From: an uncultured Verrucomicrobiota bacterium
Lineage (GTDB): Bacteria; Verrucomicrobiota; Kiritimatiellia; Kiritimatiellales; Pontiellaceae
Assembly: GCA_964402125.1 (NCBI GenBank)
Contig: CAYOBH010000004.1
Span: 1 to 45,791 of the forward strand
Direction of reading: 5' to 3'
Length of the DNA: 45,791 nucleotides
Positions 25,501-33,551 of the stretch are shown in pieces. Within the stretch, counting starts at the first letter, position 1; every line of letters begins with the position of its first letter. Both the position numbers and the translations under genes were made by a program. The notes below the pieces were generated by a model. It was not told where the DNA came from, ran no database searches, and was given only the letters and a program-made list of their open reading frames with translations.

Positions 25501-25583
25501 AATAAACCTCCCCGCTGCAAGCAGCGGGGCATCTTTTTTGTAGCACAAGCTGCGGGGTATTTAACCCAACGCGTCAGAATAAA
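25501..25583. mobile_element. Non-autonomous palindromic element (IS200/IS605-end-like MITE), copy 2
   Basis: AATAAACCT-CCCCGCTGC-AA-GCAGCGGGG...CAAGCTGCGGGGTATTTAACCCAACGCG..AATAAA; homologous to 2548-2703. Confidence 0.6.
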
Positions 25584-25694
25584 AAGCAGCAAATCGAGAA
25601 TTGCTCTGCCCCTTAATCATTTTGTCTCAACTGGACACTTGGCTTTCTTACGCCGATGCCATTATCTTTATGCCGTTTTTCAGGGAGGAGCAAT

Positions 25695-26768
25695 ATGCAT
25701 GATTTTTTGACTACGAAAGTTTGGTCGGACGTTACCTGGGGACAGGTGATCGTTCTGTTGATTTGGGTGCTGGGCGCTATGTTGGCTGGCAAAGCCGTTC
25801 AGTTGGCGTTGGTATCGATCGGGAAACGCAAGCATCTTGAGGAGAAAAAAACACTGCAGGTTATGCTGAAATCGCTGAGTCGCCCCGTTCCGATTCTTAG
25901 CTTTACCTTCGGTCTCAACATGGGACTGAAGGTCTTTGAATTTTCAGCGAGCGTTCAGGGGATGGTCGATGATGTCTTCGGCATCTTATTCACCTTCTGC
26001 GTGGCGTTCTTCGTTTATTCGGTGATCGATGTGCTCGACTATGCGATTACGCACGTCACCTCCAAGACGCACAGCAAGATGGACGATATGATGGCGCCGA
26101 TGGTGCGCAAAAGTCTGCGCGTTGTGGTGGTAACGCTCGCTTTGGTGCAGGTGGCGCAGATTCTCAGCGACAAACCGATCACCTCCATTCTCGCCGGTCT
26201 CGGCGTCGGTGGTTTGGCGGTGGCTTTGGCCGCGCAGGAAACCATCAAAAACGTTTTCGGCTCGCTGGTCATCTTTGCCGACAAGCCGTTTGAACTGGGC
26301 GAGCGTATTGTCGTCGGTGGATACGATGGTGTCGTTGAAGAAGTCGGCTTTCGTTCCACACGCATCCGCACCCTTTCCGGTCATTTGGTCACCATACCCA
26401 ACGGCGAGCTGGCCAACCGGATGATTGAAAATATTGGCAAGCGCCCATACATCAAACGCGTAATGGATATCGCCATCACCTATAATACTCCGCCGGAAAA
26501 GGTTCAGCAGGCCATCGACATCCTCAAAAAGCTGCTCGATAACCACGAATGCATGAATCAAAATTTTCCGCCGCGCGCGTTCTTTGCCGGCTTCGGCGAT
26601 TTTTCGCTCAATCTACAGGCCACCTATTGGTATCACTCAGCAAAGTATATCGACTACCTTGCCTTCAGCGAAAAGATTAATATGGAGCTGCTCAAGCGCT
26701 ATAACGAGGCCGGCATCGAATTTGCCTTCCCGACCCAGACGCTCTATGTCAATCAGGAGGACAAATAA
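25695..26768 (+). CDS. MscS family mechanosensitive channel
   Basis: Motifs LAGLGVGGLAVALAAQET, DKPFELGERI, GVVEEVGFRSTRIRT, IPN and GIEFAFPTQ; GGAGGAG RBS before ATG 25695. Confidence 0.95.
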   Translation: MHDFLTTKVWSDVTWGQVIVLLIWVLGAMLAGKAVQLALVSIGKRKHLEEKKTLQVMLKSLSRPVPILSFTFGLNMGLKVFEFSASVQGMVDDVFGILFTFCVAFFVYSVIDVLDYAITHVTSKTHSKMDDMMAPMVRKSLRVVVVTLALVQVAQILSDKPITSILAGLGVGGLAVALAAQETIKNVFGSLVIFADKPFELGERIVVGGYDGVVEEVGFRSTRIRTLSGHLVTIPNGELANRMIENIGKRPYIKRVMDIAITYNTPPEKVQQAIDILKKLLDNHECMNQNFPPRAFFAGFGDFSLNLQATYWYHSAKYIDYLAFSEKINMELLKRYNEAGIEFAFPTQTLYVNQEDK

Positions 26769-27566
26769 TCAGCGTGCTCCGACTTCCATGTAGAAGCCGC
26801 TAAAATCGAATTGCTGTTCCATTTCGCCGACGGGAATCTGTTGGCGGCCGACCAGCGGATCGCCGGTGATATATCCATCGGCGGTTTTTTCGAGAAGGGC
26901 GATAAAGTGGCCGAAGTTTCCGGTGCGCACCCCGGCTATCGCCGGGGTTTTCAGGTCCGGAGGAAGGTTCTGTTCAATGCGATACCGCACGGCAAGCCCC
27001 CGATTGCGGAAGGCTCGCGCAAGATACCAGTTTTCCGTACCACCCTGATAGGTGAAACACTCGCGCGCAATCTCCTCTTCCCGCAGGTTGATTCCGAATG
27101 CTTTAAACACCGTCGCTGCGGCAGCCGCGCCGCAGGAAGACGGTGTGCTCTGCAGACAAACCTCTTCGCTCCAGCGATCCGAGAACGAATCCGGAGGGAG
27201 CGGTTTTAGAATGGGTTTGAGGTAAGGCACAGCAATTCCCAGCGCCAGAAGAATTACAAGGACTGGCGCGGAAAAGAGCTTGGAACCTTTGAGCAGCTCC
27301 GCCAGCGCGCCGGCCGATAATCCAGCACCAGCGGCAGAGAGTTCGATGAATGGAATCGCGCGGAATTCGTAGTACCACACTGAATCCTTCATCCAGTGCA
27401 GATAGTAAACCGGAAACATGACGCCCGGGATGCTCATCAGAAGAAAGAGCACCACCACCCCTGCCCTGCTGATCGGCGTGCAACAACGCCGCGCCGCGTT
27501 TCTCCCCACAAAAAAGAGAACGAAGGCGAGCAGAAGTGTGGGAATGAGTAATCCGTTGAACGGCAT
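26769..27566 (-). CDS. Membrane protein with C-terminal C39-like cysteine peptidase domain
   Basis: 3-4 N-terminal hydrophobic helices, then QSTPSSCGAAA (Q-x5-C), GHFIAL and GDP. Confidence 0.8.
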   Translation of the reverse strand: MPFNGLLIPTLLLAFVLFFVGRNAARRCCTPISRAGVVVLFLLMSIPGVMFPVYYLHWMKDSVWYYEFRAIPFIELSAAGAGLSAGALAELLKGSKLFSAPVLVILLALGIAVPYLKPILKPLPPDSFSDRWSEEVCLQSTPSSCGAAAAATVFKAFGINLREEEIARECFTYQGGTENWYLARAFRNRGLAVRYRIEQNLPPDLKTPAIAGVRTGNFGHFIALLEKTADGYITGDPLVGRQQIPVGEMEQQFDFSGFYMEVGAR

Positions 27567-27574
27567 TGTATGGA

Positions 27575-27790
27575 TTACTTTTTAGCCCGATTAACGACCT
27601 TTGCGGCCCCGGTTCCGACGAGATCGCCAATGACTCCGACGATGAACAGAAGGGCAATCAGAACAGCAATGAGCACGGCAATCTGCCCCCCGATTTCACT
27701 GGAGATTAATATGCTCAGGGCAATGAGCAGCGACCCTATAATAATCGAAAAGCTGATTTTCTTTGCTGCGGCAGTTATTTCGTTCTCCAT
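27575..27790 (-). CDS. Small two-TM membrane protein
   Basis: MENEITAAAKK followed by two hydrophobic stretches; AAAGGA RBS; tightly spaced between its neighbours. Confidence 0.6.
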   Translation of the reverse strand: MENEITAAAKKISFSIIIGSLLIALSILISSEIGGQIAVLIAVLIALLFIVGVIGDLVGTGAAKVVNRAKK

Positions 27791-27820
27791 GGAGTTTCCT
27801 TTCATTATTTACTTCCGAGT

Positions 27821-28672
27821 TCAGCGCAACGCACGGGAGAGTGCTTGATGCATCACCTCAACCGGGGCCTCTTCGCTCGTCCAGATCGAAAAACCGATCG
27901 CACCCTGATAGACCAGCATGCCGAGGCCGTCGAGTACGGCGGAGCCGCGGGCTTTTGCTTCGGACAAAAACGGCGTGGTCGGCGCGGGAATGACATCGCA
28001 CACCAGCATACTTGGGCGTATCGAATCCGTTGCAATATTCGGTTTTTCGTCCGCATTCGGAGGCAGTCCGATGGAGGTCGCGTTGATCAAAATATCGGTC
28101 TTTGCTGGAACCGAATAGGTTCCCTTCCACGGCTCAAATGTTGCCGAGGCCGAGGTTTTTGAATTCAGCAGTTCCGTTAATATTCGACCGCGCTCCGCGC
28201 TGCGATTTACAATCGTGATCTGCTCCGCACCGGCCAGCGCCAGCTCTACGGTAATGGCGCGTGCAGCGCCTCCTGCACCGAGAACGACCACCTTTTTGCC
28301 GCGCGGGTCCATTTGAGCGTCCTGCGTCAGCGCGCGCAAAAACCCTTTTCCATCAGTATTTTCTCCGATCAACCGATCGCCCTTACGAACCACCGTATTC
28401 ACTGCACCCATCAACGCCGCTGCCGGAGAAACTTCATCCAGATACTTCAGCACCTCCACCTTATGCGGAATGGTCAGATTAATCCCACGCATATTGAGCG
28501 CGCGCAAACCGTTCATCGCCGCCTTAAGGTCCTCGGGGAACACCTCAATGGTCAGGTAACGCCAGTTCAGGTTTAAGAATTTAAAGGCCGCAGCTTGCAT
28601 CACCACCGTCGGATTTTCCGCGACCGGATGCCCAAACACTCCGACCAGTTCCTCTTTATAATTTGCACCCAT
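27821..28672 (-). CDS. aroE: Shikimate dehydrogenase family oxidoreductase (atypical substrate site)
   Basis: Motifs NLTIPHK, GAVNT, ENTDG, GAGGAA, NRS, NATSIG and DGLGMLVYQ; GTG start after GGAGG. Confidence 0.8.
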   Translation of the reverse strand: MGANYKEELVGVFGHPVAENPTVVMQAAAFKFLNLNWRYLTIEVFPEDLKAAMNGLRALNMRGINLTIPHKVEVLKYLDEVSPAAALMGAVNTVVRKGDRLIGENTDGKGFLRALTQDAQMDPRGKKVVVLGAGGAARAITVELALAGAEQITIVNRSAERGRILTELLNSKTSASATFEPWKGTYSVPAKTDILINATSIGLPPNADEKPNIATDSIRPSMLVCDVIPAPTTPFLSEAKARGSAVLDGLGMLVYQGAIGFSIWTSEEAPVEVMHQALSRALR

Positions 28673-28958
28673 TCAAAACCTCCAGAAAGCGCATTCCCGA
28701 TTGCCGAAATTGAAGTGAGGTCTCCGCCTTGCCGATGGGCTGGACTTTTAAGAGGGAGACCACATCTCGAATAAGGTATCACTGTTGGAACCGTTCGAAC
28801 AAGCCGGGGATTCTGAAGTCGGCAACGTTTTTCAGGATGCCGACGGATTTATGGTCTTAAAACGGAGTTAGGCGCTGACCTCAGGGTAAAGGCCCTCATT
28901 CATAACAACCGGCGGTTTTGGGTTCCCTTATCGGCGCCGCGTTGTTAGCTTTTCCACC

Positions 28959-29660
28959 ATGAAAATATTTGGGGTTCAACTTACCGTCGTGAGTCTGCTG
29001 TTTCTTGCTCATTTAGAGACGCAGGCGCAGGAAACATTTTCGTTCGCTCCCAAAGGCCGCGTACTCAATATGGACTTTGACGCAACAACTAACGGGCTGG
29101 TTCCAAACCAAGGCGGCTATCCGCTTTTTGTTCCGCTCAATGGGCTGGAAGTCAAAACACTGATTAACGAACAAATGCTCGACCTTCCTGCGGACGAAGG
29201 CCTCACCGTACCCCACAGCTCTATTCTTCAACCCGACGGCAGTATGTGGATTGCCAGCGTCCGCGTAGGCGTCCGCGCCAGCGGAAAAACCGGCATGGTG
29301 ATGTCGCAGACCAACGATCGTCACGGCTATGCCATCTACCTGCTGGACGGTGCAGTATATGCTGCCGTCAGCACCGCCGATTCCGTGATTATTCTACAAG
29401 AAAACTCGGACAGCATCCTTCATGACTGCAGTAAAAGTATGGTTCGCATCGATCTCGAGATCAAAGCGGACGAAGCCATTCTCTTGCTCAATCGCGCTAT
29501 AGTAGCCTCGGCTCCACTGACTGCTCCGCTCAATGGAGCCGACAACATGCCGTTGCGTATCGGCAACCACGAATCGCTCCCGGAATTTCTAACCGAGAAA
29601 GAGATCCCCACCAACGGCATCTTTGGTGCGATCAGTACCCTACAGCTCTGGAGGCAGTAA
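28959..29660 (+). CDS. Secreted protein, possible LamG/concanavalin-A-like fold
   Basis: Signal peptide; beta-rich sequence with VPHSSILQP, GYAIYL, PLRIG and FGAISTLQLW. TGnTAGCTT lies 7 nt before the ATG. Confidence 0.65.
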   Translation: MKIFGVQLTVVSLLFLAHLETQAQETFSFAPKGRVLNMDFDATTNGLVPNQGGYPLFVPLNGLEVKTLINEQMLDLPADEGLTVPHSSILQPDGSMWIASVRVGVRASGKTGMVMSQTNDRHGYAIYLLDGAVYAAVSTADSVIILQENSDSILHDCSKSMVRIDLEIKADEAILLLNRAIVASAPLTAPLNGADNMPLRIGNHESLPEFLTEKEIPTNGIFGAISTLQLWRQ

Positions 29661-29665
29661 CCTGC

Positions 29666-29707
29666 GGATTGGGGTTTGAGGTTTGGAGTTTGAGGTTTGG
29701 AGTTTGA
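29666..29707. repeat. Heptamer tandem array (RGTTTGR), 6 units
   Basis: GGATTGG GGTTTGA GGTTTGG AGTTTGA GGTTTGG AGTTTGA, starting 5 nt after the stop at 29660. Confidence 0.9.
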
Positions 29708-29738
29708 TAAATTCTCGCCCGACCTCAGAGAAGTCAAA

Positions 29739-29829
29739 TACGCATTACGCAATACGCAATACGCAATAAGCATTACGCAATACGCAATACGCAATAAGCA
29801 TTACGCAATACGCATTACGCCTCACGCCT
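29739..29829. repeat. Heptamer tandem array (TACGCAW), 13 units with a 28-bp higher-order duplication
   Basis: (TACGCAA)3TAAGCAT occurs twice (29746-29801); the array abuts the M42 peptidase stop. Confidence 0.95.
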
Positions 29830-30896
29830 CAGAACGGCACAAAGTTGGTACGGGACGTTACTTTCTCAATTGTCTTCGCCAGCAGCTTAGCGCATTGCTC
29901 GAGGTCTTTGAGGCTGATCAGTTCGCACGGACTGTGCATGTAGCGCAAAGGAATACTCACGAGTCCCGTGACAACGCCCGCCCGATTCAACTGCAGCGCA
30001 TTCGCATCCGTTCCGGTTCCGCCGGGTTCTGCACTAATCTGCACCGAAATCTTTTCTGCTTTCGCCGTTTTCACGAGCAGATCAAACAGCGTGGGATTAA
30101 TATTGGGGCCACGCGTTAAGACCGGACCTTTACCCAACTCGATAAAATTTTCACGCTTCATGGCGTCTGCCATGCTTGGATGGTCCGTGGCAAAGGTAAC
30201 GTCCACCGCAATACCAATATCCGGATCAATTCCATATGCGGCCGTGCGTGCGCCACGCAGTCCGATCTCTTCCTGCACAGTGGCAACCGCATGAATCTCC
30301 GCCTTTGGACTTAGCTGCGACAACTGGCGCGCCGCTTCGAGAACAACGAATGCACCGGCGCGATCATCGAACGCACGCCCCGCTGCCAGCCCGTTCGCCA
30401 TCTCCTCAAAACCGTAGGCCACCACCAGCGGATCGCCGACCTCGACCATTTTCTCGGCATCCTTTTTATTCTTTGCGCCGATGTCGACCCAGATGTCTTT
30501 TATTTCTGTCACCTGCTTGCGCTGTTCCGGCGTCTGCATATGAATCGCCATTTTACCGATCACGCCGCGGACGATGCCGTTCTTCGTCATAATCTGAACG
30601 CGCTGCCCCTGAGCGATCTGCGGATCCCAGCCGCCCAGCGGCTGAATCCAAAGGAAACCCTTGTCGTCGATGTACGAAATCTGAAATCCGATTTCGTCAT
30701 AATGGCCGGCCAGCATGACACGGGGCGAGCCGCCCGGATTCACAACGGCAAACGAATTTCCATGTATATCGGTCCACACTTTATCCGCAAATTTTTCGGC
30801 CTCGGCTTTCCACACGGCGGCCACAGGCGCTTCATAACCTGACGGGCTGATGCTGTTGATCAGATCAGCCAAAAACTTTTTTGTCTGCGTATTCAT
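29829..30896 (-). CDS. M42 family metallo-aminopeptidase
   Basis: Motifs SPSGYE, GHYDEIG, DDRAG, VQEEIGLRGA, DVT, GTDA and RYMHSP. Confidence 0.93.
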   Translation of the reverse strand: MNTQTKKFLADLINSISPSGYEAPVAAVWKAEAEKFADKVWTDIHGNSFAVVNPGGSPRVMLAGHYDEIGFQISYIDDKGFLWIQPLGGWDPQIAQGQRVQIMTKNGIVRGVIGKMAIHMQTPEQRKQVTEIKDIWVDIGAKNKKDAEKMVEVGDPLVVAYGFEEMANGLAAGRAFDDRAGAFVVLEAARQLSQLSPKAEIHAVATVQEEIGLRGARTAAYGIDPDIGIAVDVTFATDHPSMADAMKRENFIELGKGPVLTRGPNINPTLFDLLVKTAKAEKISVQISAEPGGTGTDANALQLNRAGVVTGLVSIPLRYMHSPCELISLKDLEQCAKLLAKTIEKVTSRTNFVPF

Positions 30897-30934
30897 AAAA
30901 TTTCCTTACTAAATCACCAAATACCTGCTCCATA

Positions 30935-31414
30935 TTAATCCTGCGTTGGGTCAGATCCAAAGGCAACGTTCTTCGCTCCAATGGCGGCGCACGCATCCAT
31001 GACCTGAACGATGCGTCCGTGGATCGCCTCGTTGTCGGGAATAATGGTCACCACAAATTCGCTGCCGGATGATTCTGCCGTAGCTTTCTCAGCCCCCAAT
31101 GCTTCAACCATCCCGTCCAACTCACCGACCTGACCATAAGGCAGTCCATAAACCATCACTTCGCCGGAATAGGGATCCGGCTGACCCGTTTCCGCATTCT
31201 GGATCGGAGGACCGATTTCGACAATAACCTCCCACGGCTCCGCGATAGCAGCCTCCGGCGGTGCAGGAGCGGGAAGCGTGAAGGAGAGATCCGCTTCCTT
31301 GTCCTTTAGCGCCGAAGTCACCATGAAATAAATCAGCAGAAGGAATACAACATCGATCAGTGGAGTTATCTGGAGATCCACCTTCTTGCCCAACATATTA
31401 TCTAATAACTTCAT
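30935..31414 (-). CDS. exbD: ExbD/TolR family protein
   Basis: LQITPLIDVVFLLLIYFMV transmembrane motif with the conserved Asp; C-terminal VMDAC. Confidence 0.9.
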   Translation of the reverse strand: MKLLDNMLGKKVDLQITPLIDVVFLLLIYFMVTSALKDKEADLSFTLPAPAPPEAAIAEPWEVIVEIGPPIQNAETGQPDPYSGEVMVYGLPYGQVGELDGMVEALGAEKATAESSGSEFVVTIIPDNEAIHGRIVQVMDACAAIGAKNVAFGSDPTQD

Positions 31415-31416
31415 GG

Positions 31417-31827
31417 CTATTTCCTAAACGCCGTATAAATGAGGTCGACCATTCCGGCTTCCCCGCAGGCGGCCATGACCTTTTTACTGTCTTTATAACG
31501 GACCCGCTCATCCGCGCGGATCAGCACCTTTTGGGTCGGATTATTTGGATCCGCCATCCGTTGCTCAATACGTTCCGACAGCTTTTCCAACTCAATCGGC
31601 TCCATATCATCATACACATTCCCATCTACATCCAGAGAGAGAATCATGCGTCCTTTGATTTCTTCGGGCACCTTGGCATGACTGGACCTCGGCAACGCTT
31701 CTATCTCGTAGCGTTGCTCTGCGGCAACCGATGCCACCATAAAGAAGACCAGCAGCAGAAACACCATATCGATCATGGGAGCCATATCGATTTGGGCTTC
31801 TTCCCTTGCGGGCATTTTAACTTTCAT
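31417..31827 (-). CDS. exbD: ExbD/TolR family protein
   Basis: IDMAPMIDMVFLLLVFFMV transmembrane motif; VLIRADERV. Confidence 0.92.
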   Translation of the reverse strand: MKVKMPAREEAQIDMAPMIDMVFLLLVFFMVASVAAEQRYEIEALPRSSHAKVPEEIKGRMILSLDVDGNVYDDMEPIELEKLSERIEQRMADPNNPTQKVLIRADERVRYKDSKKVMAACGEAGMVDLIYTAFRK

Positions 31828-31878
31828 TTCACACCTCTCTTACGGAGAAGTTTAACCGTCATCAAAACGGCCGTTCAG

Positions 31879-32613
31879 TTAATCACGAAAACCCATCGGA
31901 GCTTCACCCGTTTCGAGCGTATCGAGCAAGGCACCAATATTACGTCCCACAGAAGCGGTGGATTTAATAAAACTATTGCGATAGTAGTAAAAGAAAAGCA
32001 TTGAAGGAATTGCGATTACCAGACCGGCAGCCGTTGTCATCAGCGCTTCTCCAATGTACGAAGCCAACTCGGAGGATTTTCCGGAACCGGAAATACCCAG
32101 AAAGTTAAACGCACCAATCATCCCCGAAACCGTACCCAGCAGACCCAGCATCGGCGCGGTCGCACCAATAATGGAAAGATAGTCGATCGGCTTCATGTAG
32201 GTTGTTACTTCTTCCGTGCTGGCTTCTTCAATGGCTTCCTTCACTTTTTCAAAATTGATTTCACGCTTTTCAGAGCAGCGTTCTAATCCGGCCCCTAAAA
32301 TATACGTAAAGAGCGTTTTGTTTTGCTGACACAACGCGTGTGCTTCGGAAATTTTCTTTTGCTGCATCAGCTTGATGAATTCAGGGAACAGATCGGGGCG
32401 CAACAATACTTTCTCACGAACCGCCAAACCGTTCTGAACGATAAAATAGACCATGGCCAAGGACATAAGCCCAAGGGGAATCATCGCCCATCCGCCTTCC
32501 AGAATCATATCCCAGAGGTTCTTTTCTGCGGTCTCTCCTTCGGCAGCGAAGGCGGCAACCGGCGCAATCAATAAACTCAGGCCCAAAGCCAGTTTCTTCA
32601 TCTTTTTTATCAT
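31879..32613 (-). CDS. exbB: MotA/TolQ/ExbB proton channel protein
   Basis: Motifs GGWAMIPL, APMLGLLGTVSGMI and IGEALMTTAAGLVIAIP; N-terminal signal-like segment. Confidence 0.92.
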   Translation of the reverse strand: MIKKMKKLALGLSLLIAPVAAFAAEGETAEKNLWDMILEGGWAMIPLGLMSLAMVYFIVQNGLAVREKVLLRPDLFPEFIKLMQQKKISEAHALCQQNKTLFTYILGAGLERCSEKREINFEKVKEAIEEASTEEVTTYMKPIDYLSIIGATAPMLGLLGTVSGMIGAFNFLGISGSGKSSELASYIGEALMTTAAGLVIAIPSMLFFYYYRNSFIKSTASVGRNIGALLDTLETGEAPMGFRD

Positions 32614-32638
32614 TTCAGTCTCCTTCTAATTAAGATTA

Positions 32639-33541
32639 TTAATTCCAAGATTCTTTCTCTTTCATCATTATATTCCACGCATCCCGCAACCCGGCCATTT
32701 CTACCATTAGTTTATCCGCCTCATCCGCTTCATCGGTATTCGGATACATCAGCAGAATTTGACGGATCACCTCTTCGGATGAGTCAAACAGGCCGAGGTT
32801 CGCGTAGAGCCGGGCACAAAGCACTTCCGCAGGACGCAGCCACTGAGGATCATCGGAACGGAATACAACCACCTTGGCGGCCAATTCAATCGCTGCGGCA
32901 TAGTCCCCTTTCATCGTCAAAAACTTGGCCGTAATGTAAAGGTCTTCCGCCGGGGCATCGTCGCTCATCTCCTTGGTCCAACCGCGCAAAGCAAAGAGGG
33001 CCTCAGCCTCCTCCGTCCGCTTGAGTTCCATCAGTGCAAGCCCCTGATACGCATATGCTCCGCGCTCGATCTTTTCATCGCACAGGGCCGGCCATGTAGG
33101 ATCACGATCGGGGTTCGCCAGCATTCGGGAATAAACCAACGACTTTTCGTAGTGGCCCATTTTATAATAAAGCTCTGCGAGCATATATTGATGGCGACTC
33201 AAATTCGAAGGTAGAATATTATATTCCTTGAACGGAGCCATCCCCTCCTCCAAATGCGCAACAAGCTCATTGTACGAACGCTTAACTCTCAGCTCCTCAA
33301 CCAACTCTTCATCGATATATTCCCGCGTATCAAAGGTAATCTGGGTAATGTCTCGAGGACGGAACCCGAATCGATTGACATCGGAGGGCCCATACCAAAC
33401 CTGACCGTTGGAATATCCCCGAAGTTCAACCGTTTGCTGACTGGAACTTACTCCACTCCCAAGGACCACGATCGCTTTGATCGGCGCGGCCCCCGCCCAT
33501 GCAGCACCGGATAATACCAAACTAAGTAGAACTTTTTTCAT
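32639..33541 (-). CDS. Secreted TPR-containing protein
   Basis: Signal peptide MKKVLLSLVLSGAAWA, followed by helical repeats such as YMLAELYYKMGHYEKS and ARLYANLG..YPNT; GAGG RBS. Confidence 0.8.
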   Translation of the reverse strand: MKKVLLSLVLSGAAWAGAAPIKAIVVLGSGVSSSQQTVELRGYSNGQVWYGPSDVNRFGFRPRDITQITFDTREYIDEELVEELRVKRSYNELVAHLEEGMAPFKEYNILPSNLSRHQYMLAELYYKMGHYEKSLVYSRMLANPDRDPTWPALCDEKIERGAYAYQGLALMELKRTEEAEALFALRGWTKEMSDDAPAEDLYITAKFLTMKGDYAAAIELAAKVVVFRSDDPQWLRPAEVLCARLYANLGLFDSSEEVIRQILLMYPNTDEADEADKLMVEMAGLRDAWNIMMKEKESWN

Positions 33542-33551
33542 CCTGCCCTCT

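Noticed and set aside
28700-28826. Nested short inverted repeats (TTGCCGA/TCGGCAA, GGTCTCC/GGAGACC) upstream of aroE as a riboswitch
   Set aside because: The stems are only 7 bp and no known aptamer consensus is present. It could be a decayed REP.
29420-30119. ORFs translating the heptamer arrays (YCVMLIAYCVLRNAY / YALRNTQYAI)
   Set aside because: They are translations of the repeat, overlap real genes and have no RBS.
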